Assembly: GCA_038143065.1 (NCBI GenBank)
Contig: JAYQLI010000001.1
Location: 1-28,005 of the forward strand
DNA: 28,005 nt
Reading direction: 5' to 3'
DNA from: Rhodospirillales bacterium
GTDB lineage: Bacteria > Pseudomonadota > Alphaproteobacteria > Bin95
How positions within the stretch are numbered: position 1 is the stretch's first letter; every line of letters begins with the position of its first letter. Of this stretch, positions 10,831 to 20,759 are shown piece by piece. The position numbers were made by a program, and so were the translations under genes. The notes under the pieces are model-generated. The model was given only the letters and a program-made list of their open reading frames with translations, did not search any database and had not been told where the DNA came from.

Positions 10831-11658
10831 ATGGGAAAAAAGCTTACCCAAGCTCAGATTGACGCCTTCCACCGTGATGGATTTGTTTCGCCCATAGATG
10901 TGTTTTCTGAGGCTGAGGCACTGCGCCTACGCGTGGAACTTGAAGCCGCTGAAGCTAAGTGGCCCGAAGCTTTTCAGGGCGCTGCACGTAACAACGCGCA
11001 TCTGAATCTGATGTGCCTAGATGGGATCGTACACAATCCGGTCCTTTTGGACGCGATTGAGGATCTCATCGGCCCTGACATCCTGAGCTATGGAACTGTC
11101 TTGTTCATCAAAGAACCCAAGGACCCTGGTTTTGTCAGCTGGCATCAGGACGCGCGCTACATGGGGCTTGAGCCGCATATCGGCATCACCGCCTGGGTCG
11201 CTTTGACAGAGGCCAATGATGAAAATGGATGCATGCAGATGATCCCTGGAAGCCACGGAGAGATCAGAGACCACAACGACACGTTTGGCGAAGAAAACAT
11301 TCTGACGCGCGGCCAAGAGGTAGAGAATGTGGATGCAAGCACGGCCGTGTCCACCGCCTTGCGTCCCGGTCAAATGTCGATTCACAGTGCCCAGGTCATT
11401 CACAGTTCGCAACCCAACCGCAGCAATGACCGTCGCATAGGCTTTGTCATTCAGCCGTATATGCCCCCTCACGTGCAACAGACGATCACGCCGACAGGCG
11501 CACAACTTGTCAGGGGCAGCGATCCGTTTGGAAACTTTGAACACCTGCCCCGTCCGACTTCCGATATGGATCCTGATGATATCAAAAAGCGCGATTGGGT
11601 GAATGAAACCTGGTCAGACATTCTGTACCACGGTGCCAAGATGCGGCGAGATTATTAG
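10831..11658 (+). CDS. PhyH-family Fe(II)/2-oxoglutarate dioxygenase (#2)
   Basis: LFIKEP...VSWHQD, AWVAL..A..ENGCM..IPGSH, IHSSQPNRSNDRRIG. Confidence 0.88.
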   Translation: MGKKLTQAQIDAFHRDGFVSPIDVFSEAEALRLRVELEAAEAKWPEAFQGAARNNAHLNLMCLDGIVHNPVLLDAIEDLIGPDILSYGTVLFIKEPKDPGFVSWHQDARYMGLEPHIGITAWVALTEANDENGCMQMIPGSHGEIRDHNDTFGEENILTRGQEVENVDASTAVSTALRPGQMSIHSAQVIHSSQPNRSNDRRIGFVIQPYMPPHVQQTITPTGAQLVRGSDPFGNFEHLPRPTSDMDPDDIKKRDWVNETWSDILYHGAKMRRDY

Positions 11659-11819
11659 CAAGATTGATGAAGCGCGCGGCTTGATTCGCAAAAGTTAGCA
11701 GTGTCTGCAAAGCCCCAGTTCAGTCAGTCTTCAACTTCTCAAACGCTGCGAACTTCTGGTATGCGGGCGCGATTACGCCGTCTAAAGTGATCCAAAGTTT
11801 ACATGCGGTCGTAATCGAT

Positions 11820-12569
11820 ATGTGTCGCGACTAAACACGCGCGTGGAAACAAAGCTTCCCCACACTCCAGCAGATAACTTTTACCTTTTGCGCCCTCATA
11901 TTCTTCTTCGTTCGTGATGAAGTTCAAGACTTTATCATTGAGCAGCAACTTGAAACTCAAAGTGACGCTGAAAATGCAGGGCTGACTTGCATACAAAAAC
12001 TCGAAAAGAAAGGCGTGGAGTTTGTTGAGTTACAGAAATTTGGAAAGCCTAAATGCATAGTCAAAGAGCCGGTCCGAATTGAAAATTATCCCACAACCAA
12101 ACTTTCTAGTCCGGTTACATTAAATTGTTCAACAGCACTCAACCTAGCAAATTGGTTAGAGGAAATCGGCGCTAGTGAAGTTGAACATTTTGGATCTTAC
12201 AATTGTCGTACCATTCGAGGCAGCTCAATCATGAGTCAGCATAGCTATGGGTCGGGAATCGATATCGCCAGAATTAACGGGGCCTCTGTTTTATTTGATT
12301 GGACAAATTCGGCTGAAAAGTCGGAGTTTCTAAAACATGCCGGAAAAACAGCCTGCAACCATTTTTCCAATATCCTTACGCCGGATTACAATCAGGCGCA
12401 TAAAGATCATTTCCATCTTGATGACGGGTATTTCTCAGCATGTGAAAAGCCAACTGATACTAAATTAACAACCGCATTAAAGAAATTAGTCCGGCATATT
12501 TTTCACACATCATATTTCTCCCAAACCTTGCAGGCGGAATTTCGCATCATGAACAGACCAAAGTCCTGA
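11820..12569 (+). CDS. Extensin-like C-terminal domain protein with an N-terminal hydrophobic anchor (start uncertain)
   Basis: GSYNCR, SQHSYGSGIDI and LTPDYNQAHKDHFHLD motifs. The frame stays open upstream of 12015 through CALIFFFV. Confidence 0.75.
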
Positions 12570-12935
12570 CCCCCAACAATACAATATCCGACTAACCGGT
12601 CATAAGTTTTTGCTCCCGTAAGTTCACACGTTGCCTCTGCCCATAAAAAATTCTGAGCAACTTCATTAGCACTCTCACCTTCGCGGGTACACTCAGGGCA
12701 ATCCAACGCTGAAAGCCTAATAGCTATTCCATTTACTTCGATTGTATCCGTCCCTGACGTGCGTTACCCTGCCCTTGAGTAGCGTTCCAGGTTTTGGTAG
12801 CTCTGACTTATTAATCTTTTTGTGGCAGTGGTACTTTTGAGCACCTGAATGACAACCATTTCTATCAAGTCCGCCGCTATGAGCGGGTAAAAGTTCTAAA
12901 AGGAGAATAAAGATTAAAGCTAAGACGTATTTCAT
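12503..12935 (-). CDS. Secreted YHYH-domain plus thermonuclease (SNase-like) protein, frameshift near 12745
   Basis: Signal peptide, HSGGLDRNGCH...YHCH, then GRVTHVRDG-(fs)-TIEVNGIAIRLSALDCPE and TYDRLVGYC. Confidence 0.75.
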
Positions 12936-13742
12936 TCAAACTTTATCCAAACCCTCAAAAAAACGATCTAACTCATCATTATCCATATGCACCAAATGGG
13001 ATGTTTCAGGAAAAACCCCGGTATCGACGTCGTTTACAAATTCTTTAAATGCAGAAATGCGTTCTAGCTGAAGTCGATCATACTCCGCTCTGAAGTCACG
13101 ATAAACTTTTGAATGGCGAGGGATATGACCTTCTGTGTATCCAAGAATATCATTCGAAAGAGATATTGCGCATCGCAGCCGGCGCCCGCACCCATCGACC
13201 AGACAAGCAAACTTGTGCGTTTCGAAAGTTCTGTTGCTACCTCAACTGGTACAACTTCTAATTCAACAGCAATTGCGCCTGCATCTTCATAGGATTTTAT
13301 CTGCTCGAAAAGCTGAAGCGCTTCTGCCGCTGTTTTCCCTACTGCCTTAAAACCACCCGTCAAGTCGCTCTTGAAGGTACAAGACCAACATGGCCAACAA
13401 CAGGTATGAATTCTTTCGCTAGCATTTCCACTGTAGAAAAAGAACCAGAGCAATAAACTGCATCAGCACCGCATTCTACAGCAGAGTTACACCATTTTAA
13501 ATATTCATGAGGTGTTCCACATTCAGTATGCGTTTGTCCCGCCATAGAAAAAATACTTGGCGCAACTTCACGGTATCGCGGATGAAACAAAACCTCTGCT
13601 GGAACTGAAGCGATATCAATGCCCGCCGCCTCTGCTGCTGCCGCCTCATCAAGAGAAAAGTACCTTAACATTGTAAGCTGCTTTTGCCCTTTTAAGGCTC
13701 GTAAATCCGATACTGTTGAAGCTTACGTTGTTCTTTGGTCAT
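12936..13742 (-). CDS. panB: Divergent 3-methyl-2-oxobutanoate hydroxymethyltransferase (PanB-like), several frameshifts
   Basis: LRALKGQKQLTML, PVVGHVGLVPS, GGFKAVGKT, EDAGA.AVELEVVP and MGAGAGCDAQYL, spread across ORFs 13360..13671 and 13064..13453. Confidence 0.75.
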
Positions 13743-13747
13743 GAAAA

Positions 13748-14935
13748 TTACTCCTCTCGTCTCACCTCGTCAAACTTTGCAGCCATAGTTGGATTTTTTC
13801 GAGTCAACCTTTTAACAGAGACATCTTGCGCTTTGTCGTTGGCAAGCCGAAGATTTCTGTCAGTACTTAACAATGCTTCTTTAGTCTTTTGCAGATGAGA
13901 AATTGATTTATCAATTTCAGCTATTGCCGTGGTAAATTTCTTCGAAGCTAGTTCATAATTACGTCCGAAAGCTGTTTTGAATGCGTCTAATTCTGTTTCA
14001 AAATTCGTGATATCTATGTTTTGCTCTCTTACAAGAGCCAACTCTGTTTTTGTATTTTTAATGAATTCAAAGCAGCGTTTCTTAGCAAAGTGATCATCGG
14101 AATGAAAAATTGCGGCCTGATGACATACATTTTTGGATATCGATAAAACACATCCACTATCCCAGTGTTATAGAGCTCACTTTCCGGCTCCAGTAAAGAA
14201 ACCAACACTGCATATTCGCATCCCTTTTCGTTTCGATCTTTATCCAACTCTTGTAGAAAATCTTCGTTCTTTCTTTTAGTTGCGGTCGTATCCATTTCAT
14301 TTTTCATCTAAAACATAATTGAAATGATTTCAGTTCCATTTTCATCGTGATCTTTAAAGATATAGTCACCTTTGCTGCCCGATCTGGCATCATTATCTTT
14401 CTCAAAAAAAGCGGATTGAAAGGCTGTAGACCGTAATTTGTTAAATTCGGTCTCACAATGCTGCTCCAAAGTTTCTCCAACCATCTTTGTTGAGAGTTTA
14501 GCCTTCATGTCTTTCAGACGCTCAATGGCTTCATCACGATCATTTGCGTTTTTTATATTTGTCTTTGAGCAGGTTTTCTGAATTCTCTTTCTCTAATTTT
14601 GAATTTTTAAGATCGTTTTTTAAATTGTCTCGCTCTTTTTCCATTTCGCGAACAGCCTTATCAACCGTTGCTTGGACTGAACTTTCCTTTTCTCGTATCG
14701 TTGATCTTAAGCGTTCAATTTCCACCTCTTTTTCTGCCTTTAGGTTTTGAATAGCGCTATCGGCATCCATTTTGGCCAGCTTAAGCTCAGACGCCTGTTC
14801 TCTTTCTTTTTGGGTCAACCGCTCGTTGAGCTGGTTTTCGAACTCATGATCATAAACCTGCTTGAGAATATTTGCATATCCGGTTTCATCAACTTTGAAC
14901 GCTTTACTACAGTGTGGGCACTTAATTTCATTCAT
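13748..14935 (-). CDS. DUF2130 domain-containing coiled-coil protein (four ORF fragments)
   Basis: MNEIKCPHC, coiled coil, [57 protein letters not shown] and [10 protein letters not shown]. Confidence 0.82.
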
Positions 14936-14990
14936 ATTGAACCGCCTTTTTTACAAAAAGTTGTTACTTTCTTTTGGTTTGATAATTACT

Positions 14991-15494
14991 TTAAATGAAT
15001 GATCGAGATCTTCTATAAGCTGCCTCGATAAAACGCTCTGATTTTGCAGAAGCAGTGCAGAGTTTATGATAAGACGGCCTTATTCCAACTCGTCCCAAAT
15101 CTAATCGATCTGCGTCCCAGCAAACTTGCACTGTAATATCAGCATCAACATACCCATCAGAATGATAACGCAAAGCTTCATCAAGAAGCTCCATTTCTTC
15201 TTCGTTTAATTCAAATAGTGTCCCACGAATGGCCTGTGCGTAATCAGCCGCTCTAGAACCGTGTTCTGGATCTCTGTCCTCGTTTCGGCGCTGGGTGTCA
15301 TGGAGAAGACAGAAAAGTTCGACGACCTTAAGATTGGCATTCTCCGTGTCAGCCAAAAGTCTTCCATTATGAAGCACCCGCATCCAATGGGCATACCCAT
15401 GAAACCCATCGTGATCCATTTGATAGGCTCGACAGCAATGCTCAACAAACGGCTGCGTCACTATCTCGGATGTAATTGGTTTGAGTAGCTCCAT
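14991..15494 (-). CDS. HD-domain phosphohydrolase
   Basis: HGYAHWMRV, LLHDTQR, HGSRAA and CWDADRLDLGRVG. Confidence 0.82.
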   Translation of the reverse strand: MELLKPITSEIVTQPFVEHCCRAYQMDHDGFHGYAHWMRVLHNGRLLADTENANLKVVELFCLLHDTQRRNEDRDPEHGSRAADYAQAIRGTLFELNEEEMELLDEALRYHSDGYVDADITVQVCWDADRLDLGRVGIRPSYHKLCTASAKSERFIEAAYRRSRSFI

Positions 15495-15534
15495 CTGGCA
15501 ATCTTGGAGTGAGAAGGGCTCAATTTCAAGTCAA

Positions 15535-15787
15535 CTACGATCTTCCAAAAATAATCCATCCATTCACCCTCCCTAGCGTCCAGCTTTTTTTCAAAGCAAT
15601 CAAGGACTCCGGAGAGCCACGACGACGCAGCCGGGACACGCGTGGATTATATCGGCCGTAAAATTCCATCTGTTCGTCTTCTGGAATATTGCCTTCAATG
15701 TATCTAAACCGTTCGGGTAAAGCCACTCTTCCCAATCGCCGTGATTTACGATTTTTTGATATCACCATTATACCAAATTTTTGGCAT
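15535..15787 (-). CDS. Small hypothetical protein (frameshifted; start MPKIWYNG at 15787)
   Basis: ATG lies 9 nt after the GCGGAG of the 44-bp repeat; partial ORF 15535..15768. Confidence 0.4.
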
Positions 15788-15796
15788 GAGATTTAT

Positions 15797-15840
15797 CTCC
15801 GCTTTAGTGCTTTAGGCTGGATGCCAGGGCGCACAAGTTG
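15797..15840 (-). repeat. 44-bp leader repeat, copy 1
   Basis: 40/44 identical to 16234-16277; ends in GGAG just upstream of an ATG. Confidence 0.85.
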
Positions 15841-15883
15841 GTGGTTAAATGCCCGTTAGTTACTCAAGAAAAGCTATCAAATT

Positions 15884-16223
15884 TCAGTGAAATTTCTGCT
15901 TCTTGTAAAATTCTGACACTACTTTTTCCTGCCATAAAGGCGAGACATACTCCGTGATCATTTCATATTGCCCAAGAATTTCAGCATCTGTAATTTCAAA
16001 TATAGTTTTCTTTCGCAACAACAGCTCCAGAGCGTTATTCAAAAGGTTTTTGCCTTTCAGACAAGGCCTCAATTTTAGCACGCCCTAAGGCATGCCAAAC
16101 TACCACCAATGAAATATCGTCTCTGTTTTCAAGCCAATTGAAATATGTATCAGGATCGTTTGTTTCACCATTCTCATCAGGCCACGCCTTAATGAGGTCT
16201 TCAAGTTCTTGTTTAGTAAGCAT
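15884..16223 (-). CDS. Small acidic hypothetical protein (two fragments, one frameshift)
   Basis: Overlapping ORFs 16035..16223 and 15884..16081; GGAG RBS supplied by repeat copy 2. Confidence 0.5.
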
Positions 16224-16233
16224 AGGTTTCTGG

Positions 16234-16277
16234 CTCCGCTTTAGAGCTTTAGGCAGGATGCCAAGGCGCTCAAGTTG
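16234..16277 (-). repeat. 44-bp leader repeat, copy 2
   Basis: 40/44 identical to 15797-15840. Confidence 0.85.
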
Positions 16278-16615
16278 AAGAATTAAATCAGCCTAGTTTA
16301 GTTATCAGAAATTCATTTATTGGTTCCAGAGTCGTTCCTCTATTGAGTCACACGCCAGTGTAGGACATGATGTGAGACCAATCGGCCAACCTTCTAAGTT
16401 ATTTTCACCCTCGCTAACTTTGATTCCAAAAACCACCACAAAACCCAATATGATCGCATAATCAACGTATTTTTCATAGAAAAACTCTCCAAACAAGAGG
16501 GGAAATCTAATGACTTCATACACTTCTTATTATCATACTTTTCTTAATATAAATATATCAAAATAATTCTAAAAAAATATTAAATCAGGTAACTTTTACC
16601 AACTACAAAATCACC

Positions 16616-17423
16616 TCAAGCGTTGAACAATGATCTCTGTTTTGCATAAGCGCAGTTTTTGCAACTTCATGACCTTCTGGAATTGAGGAGTTATTCATGA
16701 CCTCGATCATTTCCTCCACTTTTGATGGTATCAATCTGTATTCCAATCATAGGGAATTAAAGTTTCGCTGAACTTCATTTCACCAAAAAATCCGTCTGCA
16801 TCACGATCGGCATTACACACCAAAAAATATGCTGTTTTCGAAACAGAAAACTCCCATTTCTTGAAGTAAAAAAGAGTAAAAATCCATCTGGATTTTGTAT
16901 CCCTCATGATAAACGTCAGAGAGATAGCTTGTTGGATCGAGCGGCTTTCTGTTTGCTTGAGACTTATAGTCTACGACGACCAATTCTTTGGTGTTTGTAT
17001 CTTGCCAAATATCATCCACGCCCCGGGTGAGGATGATATTGGTGCCCTTAAACCTTTTCATTAATCCATGCCTCAAAGAGTCTCGCCACTTATCCATATC
17101 CGGATGCTGAAACGGAACCAGATGATCCAGACTATTCTTTGAAAACAGACGGTGCGGAGTTTGCGTTGTCCTACATTGATCAAACTCTTTTAAGCAGCAA
17201 ATCCGTTGTCTCGTTTAACGTCCATCCCGGTGTGCCAGGCGCATCCAAACCTCATAACGCGGTCCAAGTAGAAACATCGCTTACAAGTCAAAAAATTTGA
17301 AAACCGGCCACGACTGATTTTAAAATCATCCGTTTGACCTGGTCTGTAGATAGAGGATTTTCTGCTGCGTACTCCCGTTGCGGGTACTAGGTCTTTTTTG
17401 AGTTTTCGTTTTAAATCAATCAT
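16616..17423 (-). CDS. PD-(D/E)XK nuclease (RecB/Cas4-like), frameshifted
   Basis: ISRGRFSNFLTCKRCFYLD, GVDDIW, VVVDYKS and Y.IQMDFY (QxxxY); C-terminal CKNCAY reconstructed manually. Confidence 0.78.
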
Positions 17424-17583
17424 GAAGATACCCTACCCGTTTCATTCCAAAATAGCTCTCCAATAAGCAGGAATCTGCCCATGAAAATGGAATCGTTGTT
17501 TTTATTTATTTTATGTATCAAATTAACTGTTTTCATAACGATAAGCTCGAAAAAATTGGGCACAGCAGGTTGAGCATAACAAT

Positions 17584-18364
17584 ATGAAAAATTTATACCG
17601 GCGGCTCTTTGGCCGTCTTTACTGGGTGCAGTATTCAAAAAAGCTTTCTTATAAAGGCGAGTGGAAACACGGAAGTTTTCACGGCGAAGGTCATTTGAAA
17701 TATGCAAATGGCAATATGTTCACAGGATCATTCAAATCTGGCACTAAGAATGGCTATTGGCCACTATAAAACTTCTAACGGTTTTGAATATATCGGCGAT
17801 TGGCTGAACGGCTATCAAACTGGCTTTGGAGCTATCTGCTATAAAAATGGCGACCTCTATGAAGGTGATGTTCAAAATGGTCTTCGAAATGGAGAGGGTC
17901 GTTTTTTTTCAGTCGTCTGATTGCGTCTGGTACAAAGGTGCCTGGATACAAGGCATTTTATATGGACACGTTGAAATCTCATGCTCGGAATGGATATTTG
18001 AGGGACAGCTTCCCGAAAAAAGACATCATTTCACTGGGCAAATTAACATATCCAGATGGGTCAAAATATGAGGGGCAAATTCTAAACTTTAAAAAGGCAT
18101 GGTAAAGGTACGTTAACTGCCGCCTCCGGTGAACAGACATGCGGAGTTTGGAAAGATCAGCTGCATGTGACCAATGCCATTAGGACGGATGCAGAGGGAA
18201 TAATCTGGAAGGGGAGCTTTAAAAACTCACAACCAGATGGCTTCATGCGTATCCGGATGCCTAATGGACATGGATATGATGGTGTTTGGGAAAAAGGAGA
18301 CATGGTCAGGGTTTTAAGCGTTATCAACAAAACCAAGTCTCCTAACCATTATGTGGTGCACTGA
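17584..18364 (+). CDS. MORN-repeat protein (several frameshifts)
   Basis: Repeats YKGEWKHGSFHGEG, FTGSFKSG, YIGDWLNGYQTGFG, YEGDVQNGLRNGEG and YDGVWEKG. Confidence 0.78.
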
Positions 18365-18524
18365 AGATGCAAGTATTTTAACCTGATCAATCATAACCAG
18401 TTTTTGAATGTTCTGAGGCTTGCAATCACCGTGCTAATAGCCAATAGTTCTAACCTTTTATGCAGATTGCGGCGAGGGTTCATCTTCAGGGCCTAAAAAG
18501 AAGTTTTTCCAATTTTAGCAAGCT

Positions 18525-18992
18525 TTGGTGAGTGGAATGTTTCCAAAGACCCTTCAGATGGCGCATGTTGGGCATCCTCCAAGCCACTTAACACTGCAAC
18601 CATCCAACCCCATCAAGCGGGTGAGCTGTAAAAGCAGAGACCAGCCTCGGATTTCAGTATTATTCGTCGACAATAACAACGTGGGGCAATTTGCTTTTGA
18701 CGCTGGTACGAATTTGTCCGCACAGCATGCGGCTTCTCTACAGACAAGCATAAACACTTTACCTCTTAAGCTTATTCAACAGCATTGGGCTTGGGGTTTT
18801 TCAACAGAAGACGATCAAAGAGTGATTTCGAGCTTAGCAAAAAGTAGCTTTGCTGAAGTAACCTTTCAGACCACAAATGGGATCAAAGCTACCGACATGT
18901 TTTCACTAAGGGGATTCAATGAGGCCCCTAACCCAAGCAAAAGTCACGTGTGGGTTATTGAACCTGACATCATAATATTAAGGCGTGGTTAG
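18525..18992 (+). CDS. Hypothetical protein with an IalB-like C-terminal motif
   Basis: 155-aa ORF; ATDMFSLRGFNEA resembles the IalB-type DxxSLxGFxxA motif. The 5' end is uncertain. Confidence 0.35.
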   Translation: MVSGMFPKTLQMAHVGHPPSHLTLQPSNPIKRVSCKSRDQPRISVLFVDNNNVGQFAFDAGTNLSAQHAASLQTSINTLPLKLIQQHWAWGFSTEDDQRVISSLAKSSFAEVTFQTTNGIKATDMFSLRGFNEAPNPSKSHVWVIEPDIIILRRG

Positions 18993-19323
18993 TTTCGCCT
19001 TATAACTGCCTCTTGGTGGTCAAACATTGCCTGCCAAACATGCATAAGAGGCTTTTTTTTGTCTTTCTTTATCTTTAACGCTATTTTTAAAGTTCGTGTA
19101 GGTCAGACCCTCAACTTGTTTCGTAAAAAGCATTTGAAACAGCTTGGCGGTCTATCCACGCTCTATAGCGATAATCTGCCAGCGGCGTTTCCATTACCTC
19201 AGCATCAGGAAAAAGCTGATCAATATCGCCCTTAATACGTGCCCTGACCAATAAACGAGAGCTTTGAGTGTCGTCCCTATCTGCAACAACAGACACAAAA
19301 GAATTAGATGTAAATAACCACAT
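18989..19323 (-). CDS. Conserved-looking small hypothetical protein (MWLFT...LLVRAR...ADYRYRA...YTNFK), frameshifted
   Basis: AAGGAG RBS before ATG at 19323; frames join to a TAA at 18989-18991. Confidence 0.65.
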
Positions 19324-19363
19324 AGGGTTCTCCTTTATAATTTTGAAACTCAACAGAAGAGAA

Positions 19364-19391
19364 CTGCCTCCCCAATTTTTTGGAGAGGCAG
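19364..19391 (-). terminator. Stem-loop between vWA and the downstream ORF
   Basis: CTGCCTCCCCAA-TTTT-TTGGAGAGGCAG with one mismatch; followed on the minus strand by TTCTCTTCTGTT. Confidence 0.5.
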
Positions 19392-19440
19392 CCATTTCTG
19401 TTTTTAAAATTTTTTAGTTAGATTTTTCTTAACGCCAAAA

Positions 19441-20759
19441 CTAAAGTTCGCGCTTACCTTGCTCAGTTTTGCGTCGCAAATAGATGGCTTCATCGACTCA
19501 GAGGCGATACTGAAACGTGCCTCGTTCTTAGCGACGCGTCTTTGTTTCATGCGGCGCGATTTATACAGAGTTTCTTTTGAAAATGACTCTTGTTCACGCG
19601 CTTCCGAATACGACCTCAAGCGTTCTACAGACACCTTAATCCACTCATTATCTTTGCCTAAGGCATCCAACTCGACCATGATTTTATCTACTTCGGACCA
19701 ATTACCGGCGCGAGCTGCGACTTGAGCATTCTCTTGTAGGGTCGCAGCTCTTACTTCGGCTGTACGCAACTGAACGGTTTCATCAGCTTCCAAAACTGCA
19801 AATTGTTCCTGGGTACATAAATCAATCGTCATTTTTGAAGTATCGCTCCGCTGATCAGCGCCATCCTGATCAAGGTAATCGACGTAAGCCGAAAGAAGTT
19901 TGAGTTTTACTTCCCTGACGTTTTAGAGCAGAGATCGGCGTTAACTTTAATCCTTAGCAAGGCCCAAACATCTGCGCCAAAGGCAAGATCAGGCATAATA
20001 AAGCGACCCTCTTTATCCTGAGAATAACCGTTTAACACTTCGAAACTCACGCCCTTTTCTGGCATCATGCGTAACCGCATACGCCTTGCTAAAAGAGCCT
20101 CAAGAAGATCAAACTCTTCCTGAAACGGATCCATGAGGTCTTCAGCTGTTTGCCCATAATGCGCCTGCCCCTGCTCCGCAGAAGCCATTCCAGCCATTAA
20201 ATTTTCATTAAAGTGCTCACTCAACCCGTATGTAGATGTTGTAACGCCAGCTTCAGCCATTGTCCGGCAATGAGACGCAATCACATCATCATCAGTGAGG
20301 CCTCGATTGGCTTGGCCATCTGATAACAATAGGACACGCGATATAAAGTTATCATTTGAATTCTTAGCAACTTCCTCAGCACCTAACGACCAACCATCAT
20401 AGAGTGCTGTCATACCGCCAGTAGTAATGGCGCTTATCTGTGATTTTCAGACGGCTTTATGAGAAACCGGCTGCGATTTCAACCAGTACTTCTGCACGAC
20501 TTTCATACGTCACAACGGAGAGCCTGTCCTTCTCGCTCATGCGATCGACGAGCATTGACGCACATTTTTTTGCCTCTTCCAGAGGTTCCCCGTTCATGGA
20601 ACCTGAGCGATCAATCACTAACGATAAATTTAACGGTAAACGCTCGATTTCTTTCGGGCTATCTTCCACTTCTGAAGAAATCTTAAGAAGAACATCAAAT
20701 GTGTTTTCCTGATTAAGCAAAATACCATTTTTTTCAGGTGTAAATTTAATATCGATCAT
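19441..20759 (-). CDS. vWA-domain protein (YfbK/CLCA-like MIDAS), frameshifted
   Basis: PLNLSLVIDRSGSM (DxSxS), GGMTALYDG, VLLLSDGQAN and STYGL..HFNE.LM; C-terminus reconstructed as YLRRKTEQGKREL*. Confidence 0.85.

Noticed and set aside
4839-11544. Long antisense ORFs (for example 4839..5426, 5898..6419, 9009..9623, 11017..11544)
   Set aside because: They are shadow frames of well-supported GC-rich genes and have no motifs.
8757-11658. PhyH proteins as halogenases or true EctD
   Set aside because: Both keep HxD rather than HxA/G, and both lack the EctD signature (FxWHSDFETWH).
15768-15787. Similarity of TATACCAAATTTTTGGCAT to the IS3 left end at 4536
   Set aside because: The match is short, AT-rich, in the same orientation and inside a probable coding start, so it is likely chance.
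16317-16523. 68-aa hydrophobic ORF
   Set aside because: It may be a small membrane protein fragment, but it has a GTG start, no clear RBS and no motif, so evidence is insufficient.
15797-17423. CRISPR array (44-bp repeat near a Cas4-like gene)
   Set aside because: There are only two copies, 437 bp apart, separated by an ORF, and no cas1/cas2.
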